64,000 nucleotides of DNA from Sphingobacteriales bacterium UTBCD1 (GTDB taxonomy: Bacteria; Bacteroidota; Bacteroidia; Chitinophagales; Chitinophagaceae): contig MWTC01000031.1 of assembly GCA_002066995.1 (NCBI GenBank), positions 11,649-75,648 of the forward strand, in the 5' to 3' direction. The position numbers were made by a program, and so were the translations under genes. A model generated the notes under the pieces. That model was not told where the DNA came from. It was given only the letters and a program-made list of their open reading frames with translations, and did not search any database. Of this stretch, positions 1 through 8,680 are shown one piece after another. Within the stretch, counting starts at the first letter, position 1; each line of letters begins with the position of its first letter.

Positions 1-84
1 TTTGCAAAAGGAATAGTGCTGGATCATCTTGCTTTAAAAAAGAAAAGACTGGAGACCCGGTTTTTTGAATTGACCAATACCTGA
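1..84 (+). CDS. 3' end of an upstream gene (probably the ATPase partner of the ABC-2 permease)
   Basis: The frame is open from the window edge, with TGA at 82-84, 16 nt before the permease ATG. The product is guessed only from the usual ATPase-permease gene order. Confidence 0.3.
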   Translation, partial: FAKGIVLDHLALKKKRLETRFFELTNT

Positions 85-100
85 ATTTCAAACTGACATT

Positions 101-913
101 ATGAATAATCTTATCAGAACAGAATGGTTAAAGATCCGGAAGTACAAAGCTTTCTGGTGGATCATCGGGCTGACAGCACTCTCTTATCCCGGCATCAGCT
201 ATATCTTTCACAACATTTACGAAATATTTACCACGAGAAAAGACGAGACCGCAATGCTTGTAAAAGCGCTGATCGGAAATCCATTTTCTTTTCCTGAAGC
301 ATGGCATACACTGGCATACTCCTCTTCTCTTTTTGTATTCATCCCGGCGGTAGTGGTGATCATGTTCATCACAAATGAATATACATTCAAAACCAACCGC
401 CAGAATATTATTGATGGCTGGAGCCGCAATGAGTTTATGGCAAGTAAGCTCATTGATGTATTACTGGTATCATTGCTGGTCACCGTTATATACATCAGTA
501 TCTGCCTGGTTACGGGACTTACGAATGAAGAGAGAAGCAGCGATACCTGGAGTATGTCTTATTATGCAGGACTCTTTGCATTACAAACTTTTTCCCAGTT
601 ATCCATTGCCTTTTTTATTGGTTTTCTAATGAAAAAAGCTTTTATGGCCCTGGGGATTTTTTTGTTTTACTACATAGTGTTTGAACCTATACTTGTTGGA
701 CTGGCAAAATGGAAAGCGAATGATATCGGGCGGTTTTTGCCTCTGGAGATTTCCGATCGCCTCATACCTGTGCCGGCATTTTTGGGAAGGATTGATAAAG
801 AAGCTTACGAAAAAGCGCTGGAAGGAATCAACTCACATGTCCTGTACACTGCAATCCTTACCACTTTGATCTGGTGGATATGTTTCAGAATGAATAACCG
901 CAGGGATCTCTGA
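101..913 (+). CDS. ABC-2 type transporter permease
   Basis: 270-aa ORF with about six hydrophobic helices and an N-terminal IRTEWLKIRK-type motif seen in ABC-2 permeases. It sits directly downstream of a truncated upstream ORF. Confidence 0.6.
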   Translation: MNNLIRTEWLKIRKYKAFWWIIGLTALSYPGISYIFHNIYEIFTTRKDETAMLVKALIGNPFSFPEAWHTLAYSSSLFVFIPAVVVIMFITNEYTFKTNRQNIIDGWSRNEFMASKLIDVLLVSLLVTVIYISICLVTGLTNEERSSDTWSMSYYAGLFALQTFSQLSIAFFIGFLMKKAFMALGIFLFYYIVFEPILVGLAKWKANDIGRFLPLEISDRLIPVPAFLGRIDKEAYEKALEGINSHVLYTAILTTLIWWICFRMNNRRDL

Positions 914-949
914 CCTTATTTTTTACAAAATAAATTGATTCGTATTTAA

Positions 950-1040
950 TGATTCTTCCCTAATGAATACGGGGGGGCCTGAAACTCAGTTTCGAACGGC
1001 ATAAAATTATGTGTTATACATCATTGCAGGATGACCCTAA
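950..1040. repeat. Intergenic repeat family, copy C (core CAGTTTCGAA at 987-996)
   Basis: Shares the core CAGTTTCGAA, an upstream TCTTCCC-type segment and a downstream TGCAGGA..GACCC segment with the copies at 3115-3195 and 16925-17000. Confidence 0.4.
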
Positions 1041-1084
1041 AAGCACCGAAATCTTCCAGGCAATTTACTCTGAAAAAAATTTAT

Positions 1085-1130
1085 TTGCGAAACCGGTAAG
1101 TTGCACATATATTTGCAACCGGTTGGTTTC
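1085..1130. promoter_or_regulatory. Candidate operator upstream of the ArsR-family gene
   Basis: Direct repeat TTTGCGAAACCGGT / TTTGCAACCGGT and complementary ends GAAACCGGT...ACCGGTTGGTTTC, 20-65 nt upstream of the ATG at 1150. ArsR/SmtB repressors typically bind such imperfect palindromes in their own promoters. Confidence 0.3.
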
Positions 1131-1149
1131 ATAAACAAATAATAAGACA

Positions 1150-1470
1150 ATGAGACGAGACATTTTCCAGGCGGTTGCAGACCCGACAAGACGGGCAATC
1201 ATCGTTTTAATTGCATTACAGGCAATGACGCCAAACGCTATTGCCGAACACTTTGATACGACCCGGCAAGCTGTTTCAAAACATCTTCGCATTTTAACAG
1301 AGTGTGAACTCGTAAAACAGGAACAACAGGGGAGAGAAATTTACTACTCACTTGAGATCAACAAAATGAAAGAAATAGACAAGTGGCTGGAACAGTTCCG
1401 GAAAATTTGGGAAACCCGTTTCAACCAGCTTGACAAAGTATTATCCACAATTAAAAAACAGAAAAAATGA
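1150..1470 (+). CDS. ArsR/SmtB family transcriptional regulator
   Basis: Winged-HTH signature [11 protein letters not shown]...[23 protein letters not shown]. 4-nt ATGA overlap with the next gene. Confidence 0.85.
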   Translation: MRRDIFQAVADPTRRAIIVLIALQAMTPNAIAEHFDTTRQAVSKHLRILTECELVKQEQQGREIYYSLEINKMKEIDKWLEQFRKIWETRFNQLDKVLSTIKKQKK

Positions 1471-1952
1471 AAAACCTGCTATTTGAATTCATAGTTGACA
1501 AATCAAAAAATACCATTTCTGTAAGCAGAGAATTTGCGGCCGGCTTATCATTGGTTTGGGACGCATTCACTAAGCCGGAAATCCTTGACCAATGGTGGGC
1601 GCCCAAACCATTTACATCTAAAACAAAAGCAATGGATTTTAAAGTGGGTGGCAGAAGATTTTACGCAATGGTAAGCCCGGAAGGGCAAGAACACTATGCC
1701 ATTCAGAAATACACATCTATTACCCCAAAAAACAATTTCAAATATTTGAATGCCTTTGCCGACAAAGACGAAAACCCTTTCTTACCCGGTTCTGATTGGG
1801 ATCTAACTTTTACAGAGCAAAACGGGCATACAATAGTGAGGATTATTATTTACAACGACTCACTTGAAAGAATGGAAAAGATGATTGAGATGGGCTTCAA
1901 AGAAGGCTTAACTGCAACATTAAATAAATTAGAAATTTTACTATCCAATTAA
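1467..1952 (+). CDS. SRPBCC (AHSA1/START-like) domain protein
   Basis: 161 aa with a [16 protein letters not shown]-type AHSA1 motif. Forms the classic ArsR-SRPBCC gene pair and is translationally coupled. Confidence 0.8.
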   Translation: MKNLLFEFIVDKSKNTISVSREFAAGLSLVWDAFTKPEILDQWWAPKPFTSKTKAMDFKVGGRRFYAMVSPEGQEHYAIQKYTSITPKNNFKYLNAFADKDENPFLPGSDWDLTFTEQNGHTIVRIIIYNDSLERMEKMIEMGFKEGLTATLNKLEILLSN

Positions 1953-1965
1953 AATAAATAACATT

Positions 1966-2571
1966 ATGAAAAACCATGGGCTTAATATTTTGATTGCATT
2001 AATAATAGTTAATGTAATGGGTTGCGGAAATTCACAACAGAACACAAACAATAACAGCAATCTTGCTACAAAAGCTAACCAAACTTTAGCAAACAAAACT
2101 GATACGATTAAACAAAAAATCACACCTTGTCTCTGGGTTGAGACAAAAGATGCAAAAGCAGTGGCAGATTACTATTTATCCCTATTTAAAGACGGCAAAT
2201 TGAAAGAGTATCACAAATATAAAAATCCACCGGAAGCGGGCGGAGGAGATTTTGAAACAGCCACCATCGAAATAGCAGGTATGGAATTAAATATTCTGGC
2301 AGCAGGACCATACTTCAAGTTTAATGAATCGGTTTCGTTTGTGCTAAACTGCAAAGATCAGGCAGAAGTAGATTATTACTGGGATGCTTTGACTGCAAAT
2401 GGCGGACAAGAAGGTTCTTGTGGATGGTGTAAAGACAAATACGGCTTGTCGTGGCAGGTTGTCCCTGTTGACTATTTTGACCTTATTAACAGCAAAGACC
2501 CTAAGGTCAGAGAAAAGGCAATGAAAAATACGCTCAAACAGAAAAAACTTATTTTATCAGAACTTAAATAA
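1966..2571 (+). CDS. Lipoprotein with a PhnB-like / 3-demethylubiquinone-9 3-methyltransferase-like (VOC superfamily) domain
   Basis: Signal peptide plus lipobox (IIVNVMGC). The C-terminal ~150 aa carry the CLWV...AEEAV.YY..F...GGQE..CGWCKDKYGLSWQVVP pattern typical of this family. Confidence 0.65.
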   Translation: MKNHGLNILIALIIVNVMGCGNSQQNTNNNSNLATKANQTLANKTDTIKQKITPCLWVETKDAKAVADYYLSLFKDGKLKEYHKYKNPPEAGGGDFETATIEIAGMELNILAAGPYFKFNESVSFVLNCKDQAEVDYYWDALTANGGQEGSCGWCKDKYGLSWQVVPVDYFDLINSKDPKVREKAMKNTLKQKKLILSELK

Positions 2572-2595
2572 TAACCATCAAAACAAATAAAAACA

Positions 2596-3031
2596 ATGGC
2601 GCAAATTAATCCGCACATCAGCTATAATGGAAATGCAGTAGAAGCGTTTACCGTTAACTAATCAGTTTTTGGCGGATAATTCTCAAAGGCTATTCGCTTT
2701 AAATATATTTCAAGCCCTGAATATCCTATACCTGCAAAGGAAGAATATAAAATAATGAATATAGCTTTACCTGTTGGCAGTAATGTTTTTTACGGCTAAT
2801 GATATTCCTGAAATTATGGGAAAAGTAAATGAAGATGAAAACAGGAGCAAAATTTCAATCAGGGCAGAGAGCATAGAAGAAGCCTATGAATTATTTAACG
2901 GACTTTCGGCAGGTAGTCAAATTGAAATGCCTTTTGCCGAAAATCCAGATGGTACTTACTTTGCAATATTTAGAGGCAAATTCGGTATTGAATGTATGTT
3001 TAAGTTTGATCCGAATAATAAAAGACAATAG
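2596..3031 (+). pseudogene. Decayed PhnB-like glyoxalase/VOC gene (two in-frame TAA stops plus one frameshift)
   Basis: The ATG at 2596 gives MAQINPHISYNGNAVEAFTVN*SVFGG*FSKAIRFKYISSPEYPIPAKEEYKIMNIALPVGSNV. The frame then shifts in a T-run (~2786-2791) into the 2774-3031 ORF (...NDIPEIMGKVN...LFNGLSAGSQIEMP...KFGIECMFKFD). The joined sequence matches the full PhnB-like family layout. Confidence 0.7.
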
Positions 3032-3114
3032 TAAGACACAAAAAAACAGTGAACGCCAAACAGGAAAATTTGCATCAGCAGGAGCAACGAATAAATTTTC
3101 ATCGGCAGTGCTAC

Positions 3115-3195
3115 TATTCCTATCTCTTCCCGCTCATCGAAACCTGCAGTTTCGAAGCAGTATTTCATCACTTGAAACAATAGAATAATGATGCC
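3115..3195. repeat. Intergenic repeat family, copy A (core CAGTTTCGAA at 3147-3156)
   Basis: 3147-3194 aligns with 16947-16995 at roughly 40 of 49 positions: CAGTTTCGAA....TATTTCATC.CTTGAA...ATAGAATAATGATGC. Confidence 0.55.
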
Positions 3196-3254
3196 CGCAT
3201 AGCTTAACGCCAAAAATTAGCAAGCAAAAAAATGTAATACCGGCATTCTTGCAA

Positions 3255-5660
3255 TCAACGACTATGCTTCCTGTGAATCGCTTCCAGCCTTGTGTGCAGA
3301 TCCTGCAAACTGCCGGCATTTTCCAATAGTTCATTAGTGATCTTTGTTCTCTCCACCGAACTGAGACCCGGCGTCATATCTGCAATCATTCCCGGCACAA
3401 TCAACCGGTGCAGGTCGTGGACAGGCAATACAGGAACATTCGCTCCTTCCCCGGGTATCTTCGGAAAACTTTTATCGTAAGGAAGATCCAGCGCCACTTT
3501 ATCAGTGCGTGGTTGCTGTTCACAAAATACAGATTCAAATGTGGGTGCCTGGTTGGTTCGTTCTCCCAATCCCCATCTTGATTTTGGAACACCCATCCAG
3601 TGGAGCAAGGTACTGAGAATGGATGTGGAATCGTAAGCAGTGCCGGTACCGGAACGAAATACCGTGTTGGGTGTGATATAGGGAGATACTAATACAGTAG
3701 GAATCCTGACTCCCATGATATCCGAATCGAAACCGTTAAAAGAATCATTGGCCCAGGGCTTTGCTGCATAGGGAGGCGGCACATGATCCGGAAGGCCGCC
3801 GTGTTCATCAAAAGTGATCACGAGTAATGTTTTTTCCCAAAGCGGACTGTTTTGTAATGCTGTGAAAATATCATTCAATTCTCTTTCACCGGGTATCAGG
3901 TCATTGCCGGGATGGTAAGAAGTGGATCCTGTAAACGTCACCCACTTAGGCTCCAGGAAAGAAAATTTAGGGAGGGTGCCATATTTAAGGTCATCAAAAA
4001 ACTGGTTGAGCTGTGGTACATAATTGCCCACAACAAACGGATTATCTATACTCGGTATCTGCCCTTTCAAAAACAGGTTGTAGGTATATTGGCACTCGAT
4101 CCATTCTACGGAATTGTATATTTTAAAATCCCTGATCCCGTTTGCCCACATCACTTTCCAGATGGAAGGACGATGCGGGTATTGCGACCATTCCAGGTAT
4201 TCATTACCATTTTGAAAATTATTCAGTTTGCCCAATGTAGAACCGGTAAGCGCAAAAGCCCTGTTTACGGTGGTGCCGCTTGGAGTAGAACTAAACCAAT
4301 CATCGGAGATGGCATAATTCCGGGCAAGACCATTGAGTACGGGCAATTGTTCCGGTGAATAACCCTGCATCACTTCCGTGGTGCCATTGTTCCAGGCAAA
4401 GCCGCCCATATCAGGTTGTCTCTTGTTGAAATAATCATTGATGTCAGAAAAAAACATCTGGCGTAGCACATCCGAATTATCATGATAGGGATCCTGCTGA
4501 TCCAGGTCGAGATTGATATCCTCACTGAGTTTGCCATTATTGTATTGCGTGATGGCGTACTCTTTTCCACGGAATGAATTTTTAAAACTTTCATCTACAC
4601 CACGGAATGGACCATCAGGCCCGATGAGATGAAAAGGTTCATTCTTTGCATACAGCCATCCGCATACGTGATCGAAAGAACGGTTTTCAATCATGTAATA
4701 AATCACATGCTCAATTTTGTCCCGCATGAATTCCATTGTTCCCGGTTTTTGAGACAATTCAATCTTTACCGGGATCAAGGTTTCAATAAAAGTGAGTGAA
4801 GCGCTGCCGTTAATCTGATCCGGAAATTTTCCCTGGCTGACCGGGCCTCTCAAACCCGATTCACTTTCGGGATCAAACGCCCAAAGGCGATAGGTGTTAT
4901 AGGCAGGGTCCCAATCAATAATATTTCCATCAATTACAAACAAACGATGATCGCTGTTGATACCGGATGTTTGCCAGTTGCCTTTCCGGATGGGCGGATA
5001 ACTCAATGAACCTTCTGCCTGCGGATCGAACTGCCAGATTACAAAATCTCCGCTGGTGGGTTGCCAATCCAGAACATAACCATTTACATATAAAAGCTCA
5101 TGTCCCGTTTCAATCGTAAGCCAGGCACCCTGCGGGGAATAAGGCGCCGGCAACGGATCACTGCTGCCCGGGTCAAAGTTGAAAAGCTGGTTGGTACCCC
5201 TGCCTTCCGTCGGAATAAAATTGAGAACAAAATTGTGCATGGAAACAAGGATCAGTTCTGATCCGGATTCAAATCCTTTTTTGGCGCCATCAGGATTGGC
5301 AAAATCCTGCCGTGAACTGAAAAATTTTGACTTGCTCCACATGCCTGACTGCACAGCCGCTTCCGACCAAACCAATTTTCCATTTTGTGATTTATCGGGG
5401 ACATAACTTCCCAATGGATTATCTGCCTCAGGATTGAATTGAAGCAACCTGTATGCATATTGATTGTCTTTGTTCAGATCACTCCACTGCAAAATATAAT
5501 TACCTGCCTGGATCAAATTCGAATCTTTGGAAATGGATTTATTATCGGCAGAGCCAACCTTGTTAAAAAGTGAAGCACTTTCTGTGTCAACCGACCAAAG
5601 CTGATAATTCCCCGTTTCATGATCGCAGCTAATGCAGAATTGATTTTTTGAATTACTCAT
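3255..5660 (-). CDS. Phosphoesterase-family protein (phospholipase C / AcpA-like) with a novel N-terminal repeat domain
   Basis: The C-terminal ~480 aa carry phosphoesterase hallmarks (IEHVIYYMIENRSFDHVCGW; ITFDEHGGLPDHVPPP). The N-terminal ~300 aa contain 4-5 repeats of the type GNY.L.W......Y.LW.FDP....PL. No signal peptide is visible. Confidence 0.8.
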   Translation of the reverse strand: MSNSKNQFCISCDHETGNYQLWSVDTESASLFNKVGSADNKSISKDSNLIQAGNYILQWSDLNKDNQYAYRLLQFNPEADNPLGSYVPDKSQNGKLVWSEAAVQSGMWSKSKFFSSRQDFANPDGAKKGFESGSELILVSMHNFVLNFIPTEGRGTNQLFNFDPGSSDPLPAPYSPQGAWLTIETGHELLYVNGYVLDWQPTSGDFVIWQFDPQAEGSLSYPPIRKGNWQTSGINSDHRLFVIDGNIIDWDPAYNTYRLWAFDPESESGLRGPVSQGKFPDQINGSASLTFIETLIPVKIELSQKPGTMEFMRDKIEHVIYYMIENRSFDHVCGWLYAKNEPFHLIGPDGPFRGVDESFKNSFRGKEYAITQYNNGKLSEDINLDLDQQDPYHDNSDVLRQMFFSDINDYFNKRQPDMGGFAWNNGTTEVMQGYSPEQLPVLNGLARNYAISDDWFSSTPSGTTVNRAFALTGSTLGKLNNFQNGNEYLEWSQYPHRPSIWKVMWANGIRDFKIYNSVEWIECQYTYNLFLKGQIPSIDNPFVVGNYVPQLNQFFDDLKYGTLPKFSFLEPKWVTFTGSTSYHPGNDLIPGERELNDIFTALQNSPLWEKTLLVITFDEHGGLPDHVPPPYAAKPWANDSFNGFDSDIMGVRIPTVLVSPYITPNTVFRSGTGTAYDSTSILSTLLHWMGVPKSRWGLGERTNQAPTFESVFCEQQPRTDKVALDLPYDKSFPKIPGEGANVPVLPVHDLHRLIVPGMIADMTPGLSSVERTKITNELLENAGSLQDLHTRLEAIHRKHSR

Positions 5661-5711
5661 AAAATATATTTCTATAACTTTTTTTTTGAAAATATTTAAT
5701 TACTCCTTTAA

Positions 5712-7019
5712 TCAGATATCCCCCGGTTTGATATTTCCGCAACAGGGATCACCCGGGCTTGTGGCTGTTTTGCAACGCTGAAAAGCTTCCTCAAAAGTAT
5801 ATTTCGGACGTGGGGGGTTAGGCTCAAAGAACAGATCCATTTGCGCCAGCGCACAGAGAGTAAGCTGATCATTTTCATCTTTTGGCATGGGAGCACCTGT
5901 TCCTTCAGGATTGCCAAACCATCTTTGACACGCCTGAGCCCTTGCATCCTGCGGACTGATATCCGGATTTTCGGAATAAATTTTCAGAAAGGTGGTGGAC
6001 ACCATATCCTGTGCTTCATATTGCCTGATATCCGGAATTTGGGATGGATCATTCGTACACTTTCCGGTTACTCCCGCTGCAATCATGTGGTTCGAAATCA
6101 GGTAAGGGGTTGCTCTTTGTGAATGCGGAAATACTTTAAATGTACCGGTCTGCATGACGTTCACCTGCGGTACGCCGTTTTTGTCCTGCGGTAGTATATT
6201 GGGGTATGCGGTCCTGAACCAGCCGGGTGATTGCGGATCATACAGCGGAGAGCCGCAGATGAGCAAGGGTAATGTATATTTTCTTTCTTCAGGCCAATAA
6301 GGAGGATTCAGAAATAATTCCAGCATCGATTTAATATAATCTCTGTCAGGCCCGCCATCGAAAAATCCGGAGGCCATCATGATCGGAAAATAATCATTGG
6401 GATATTCACTCTCTCCCGAACCCGGAGCAGCGATCGGGCTTACTTCCATAAATGTTTTATAAAACGAAGATTCATTGCTGCTGATACCGGCACAGCTCAA
6501 CAATTGTTCCCACCTCCTGAAAGTAATGGCATTTTCAAAAGTACCTAACTGAACTACTGCCCAGGGAGGATAATGAAGCAACAAAATTCCTTTTTGATTC
6601 ATTACATTCAGTCCCAGTGAAGGAAATAAATGCCATTTGGAAGTGCCATCGGTTGGGCTGCCATTTACATGATAATTTTCCATGGGGTTCCACACATTCA
6701 GTTCTTTCAGCAAGTCCATTCCCCTGATTGCTTTTTGTGCATACTCTTTACTGAATATGGTGGCATGGCGGTTACCGAATTGTTCCAGCACTGCCTGCTC
6801 TCCCGAACTTTCAAGCAGTATATAATAATTACCATCCGGCCTGGTTACTTCTATTTTCTGAATATCTGAAATGCCATCAGCTTTTAATGAATTGGTTGTA
6901 TAGTGTTTGATCACATCGGTATAATCATGAAAGTTCAGGCTTGGGTCTGCAAATTCAGGCGGAGGAAAGAGTTGTTCAATCTTATTGGCAGCGCCGAATA
7001 AATATTTGTAGGAAGACAT
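5712..7019 (-). CDS. Hypothetical protein (435 aa), likely co-transcribed with the phosphoesterase
   Basis: Long ORF with protein-like composition, 51 nt upstream of the phosphoesterase gene on the same strand. I recognise no domain and see no signal peptide. Confidence 0.6.
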   Translation of the reverse strand: MSSYKYLFGAANKIEQLFPPPEFADPSLNFHDYTDVIKHYTTNSLKADGISDIQKIEVTRPDGNYYILLESSGEQAVLEQFGNRHATIFSKEYAQKAIRGMDLLKELNVWNPMENYHVNGSPTDGTSKWHLFPSLGLNVMNQKGILLLHYPPWAVVQLGTFENAITFRRWEQLLSCAGISSNESSFYKTFMEVSPIAAPGSGESEYPNDYFPIMMASGFFDGGPDRDYIKSMLELFLNPPYWPEERKYTLPLLICGSPLYDPQSPGWFRTAYPNILPQDKNGVPQVNVMQTGTFKVFPHSQRATPYLISNHMIAAGVTGKCTNDPSQIPDIRQYEAQDMVSTTFLKIYSENPDISPQDARAQACQRWFGNPEGTGAPMPKDENDQLTLCALAQMDLFFEPNPPRPKYTFEEAFQRCKTATSPGDPCCGNIKPGDI

Positions 7020-7281
7020 AGTTGGTTTTTTTGATGATGTAATAAAACTATTGTAACTACCCGCCGGGTTTTATCCGGAGAAATTTAATCTTCTTTCCGG
7101 TTAAACTGAGCGTTTTTTGTTTCAATCGTAAAAAGTTCCGTAGCTGGCTAAGTGTTCAAAATAGGTGCAGGTACATGACTAATACTTCACACAAGGCATC
7201 ACCGTTTTTCATTTTGGGATTCTCACTTCTTTCTGTTGCGGTGCCAACAACATCAAACCGGGTATCAAAGTACGATTATTT

Positions 7282-8679
7282 TTATTCTGTTGCCCGGTTT
7301 TTTTTCTTTACGAATTCTTCGAGAAAATCATCGGCAAATGTTTTTCGCTGCATGCAGTAGTTTTCTAAAAATGAAATTGCCCTCGGGAGCGTATCATTTC
7401 CTCTAAAAGATTCCGGCAAGCCTGAAAACCCTTCAATAGCAAGCGGCATCAGCTTCTTCGCTGTTTTGAAAATATCATCCTGCTCCAGGCCAAACACAGC
7501 CTGCTGCATCAATGACGGTAATTCACTTCTAAAAGGCAGGAGCAGATCAAGTGTTTTTTCAAGACAATGATTGGAGTACAGCAACCCGCAGTAAAACAAA
7601 ACAGGAATCATTTGCCATTCAGAAGGCGGTGCATCTGCAGAACGTAATTCAAGATAACCTTTGAGCCTTACTTCAGGGAATAACAGGGAGAGATGGTTTT
7701 TAAAATGAGCCAAAGTTGGCTGCAAACCATTCACCGGGTTTGTGATCCAGTATTCCAATGTTATATTGGCGGGAAATGTTTCATCACCAAAATCTTCAAT
7801 AAAGACAACCGGAGCATTCAGGGCAAACCGGAGATAGGCATCAATAAGGGCATCCTTATCAAGAGAATTTTTATTCCGGTTTGCTGTTATCAACCCCGTC
7901 CTGGATTGATCCAACTGTTGCCAGATAAAACTTCTGTACGATTTGTAACCATTGATCTTACCGGCAGTAACCGGTGAATGGGCAAACAGTGCCGTTGCAA
8001 ACGGCGCCAGCAGGTTGGCGGCTACAAATCTTTTCACTCTGGTATCCCAGTCACAACCTGTATCCACATTCACCTGCAATGAACAGGTTTGTACCAACAT
8101 CTTCGAGCCAAATTCATTAATTTTTTCAAAGTAACGGGACATAGCCCGGTATCTTGGCTTATTCAATTGCATTCCGATTTGACCGGTGGTAAACCACGGA
8201 TGCGTCCCACATTGCACAAAACGAAAATTCGTTTGCCGGCTGACCTCATGCAAAATCTGCTGCATGAAATTAAGCTTACAGGATAAATCATCAATCCCCT
8301 GACTGGGGGAAGTGGAAATTTCCACCTGTGCTCCCGGCTCAAACTGAAAGTTGCAGCCATCAGGAAAATCAATGGCTTCAATTATTGTATCATTATTTTT
8401 ACCTAACAAGTTTTTTGTTTTGTAGCGGGCAACTCCTCCCTTCATTTCCGAATAATGAATCAATATATCTGACAAGGAATCGCCATTTCCAAAAAGCCTT
8501 ACCGGTTGTCTATCATTTTGATCATTGATCATAAAGGGAAAGCATTCCCTTTCCACTCCAATACTTTTCACATGCTCATCCCGTAGATTAGATGGGTAAT
8601 GCGCAGGCCCGAATAAAGATTCTTCGATATAATTCCTGCAGATTTCCCTGGTCAGAATAGTAGAGGACGTGATCATCAT
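7282..8679 (-). CDS. gshA: Glutamate--cysteine ligase (plant/GCS2-like type)
   Basis: FEPGAQVEISTSP resembles the EPGGQ.ELSG motif of plant-type GCL, and the size fits. The start is set at the ATG at 8679, 1 nt after the gshB stop (TGAAATG). The 30 upstream codons of the ORF-track call overlap gshB. Confidence 0.7.
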   Translation of the reverse strand: MMITSSTILTREICRNYIEESLFGPAHYPSNLRDEHVKSIGVERECFPFMINDQNDRQPVRLFGNGDSLSDILIHYSEMKGGVARYKTKNLLGKNNDTIIEAIDFPDGCNFQFEPGAQVEISTSPSQGIDDLSCKLNFMQQILHEVSRQTNFRFVQCGTHPWFTTGQIGMQLNKPRYRAMSRYFEKINEFGSKMLVQTCSLQVNVDTGCDWDTRVKRFVAANLLAPFATALFAHSPVTAGKINGYKSYRSFIWQQLDQSRTGLITANRNKNSLDKDALIDAYLRFALNAPVVFIEDFGDETFPANITLEYWITNPVNGLQPTLAHFKNHLSLLFPEVRLKGYLELRSADAPPSEWQMIPVLFYCGLLYSNHCLEKTLDLLLPFRSELPSLMQQAVFGLEQDDIFKTAKKLMPLAIEGFSGLPESFRGNDTLPRAISFLENYCMQRKTFADDFLEEFVKKKNRATE

Positions 8680-8680
8680 T

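Noticed and set aside
987-996. CAGTTTCGAA cores resemble a tRNA T-arm (GGTTCGAA), which prompted a tRNA check.
   Set aside because: No acceptor, D or anticodon arms can be drawn around any of the three copies. I found no tRNA or rRNA in the window.
2774-3031. The 85-aa ORF as an independent gene.
   Set aside because: It is the C-terminal two thirds of a PhnB-like sequence whose N-terminal part lies upstream in another frame with two stops. It is annotated as one pseudogene.
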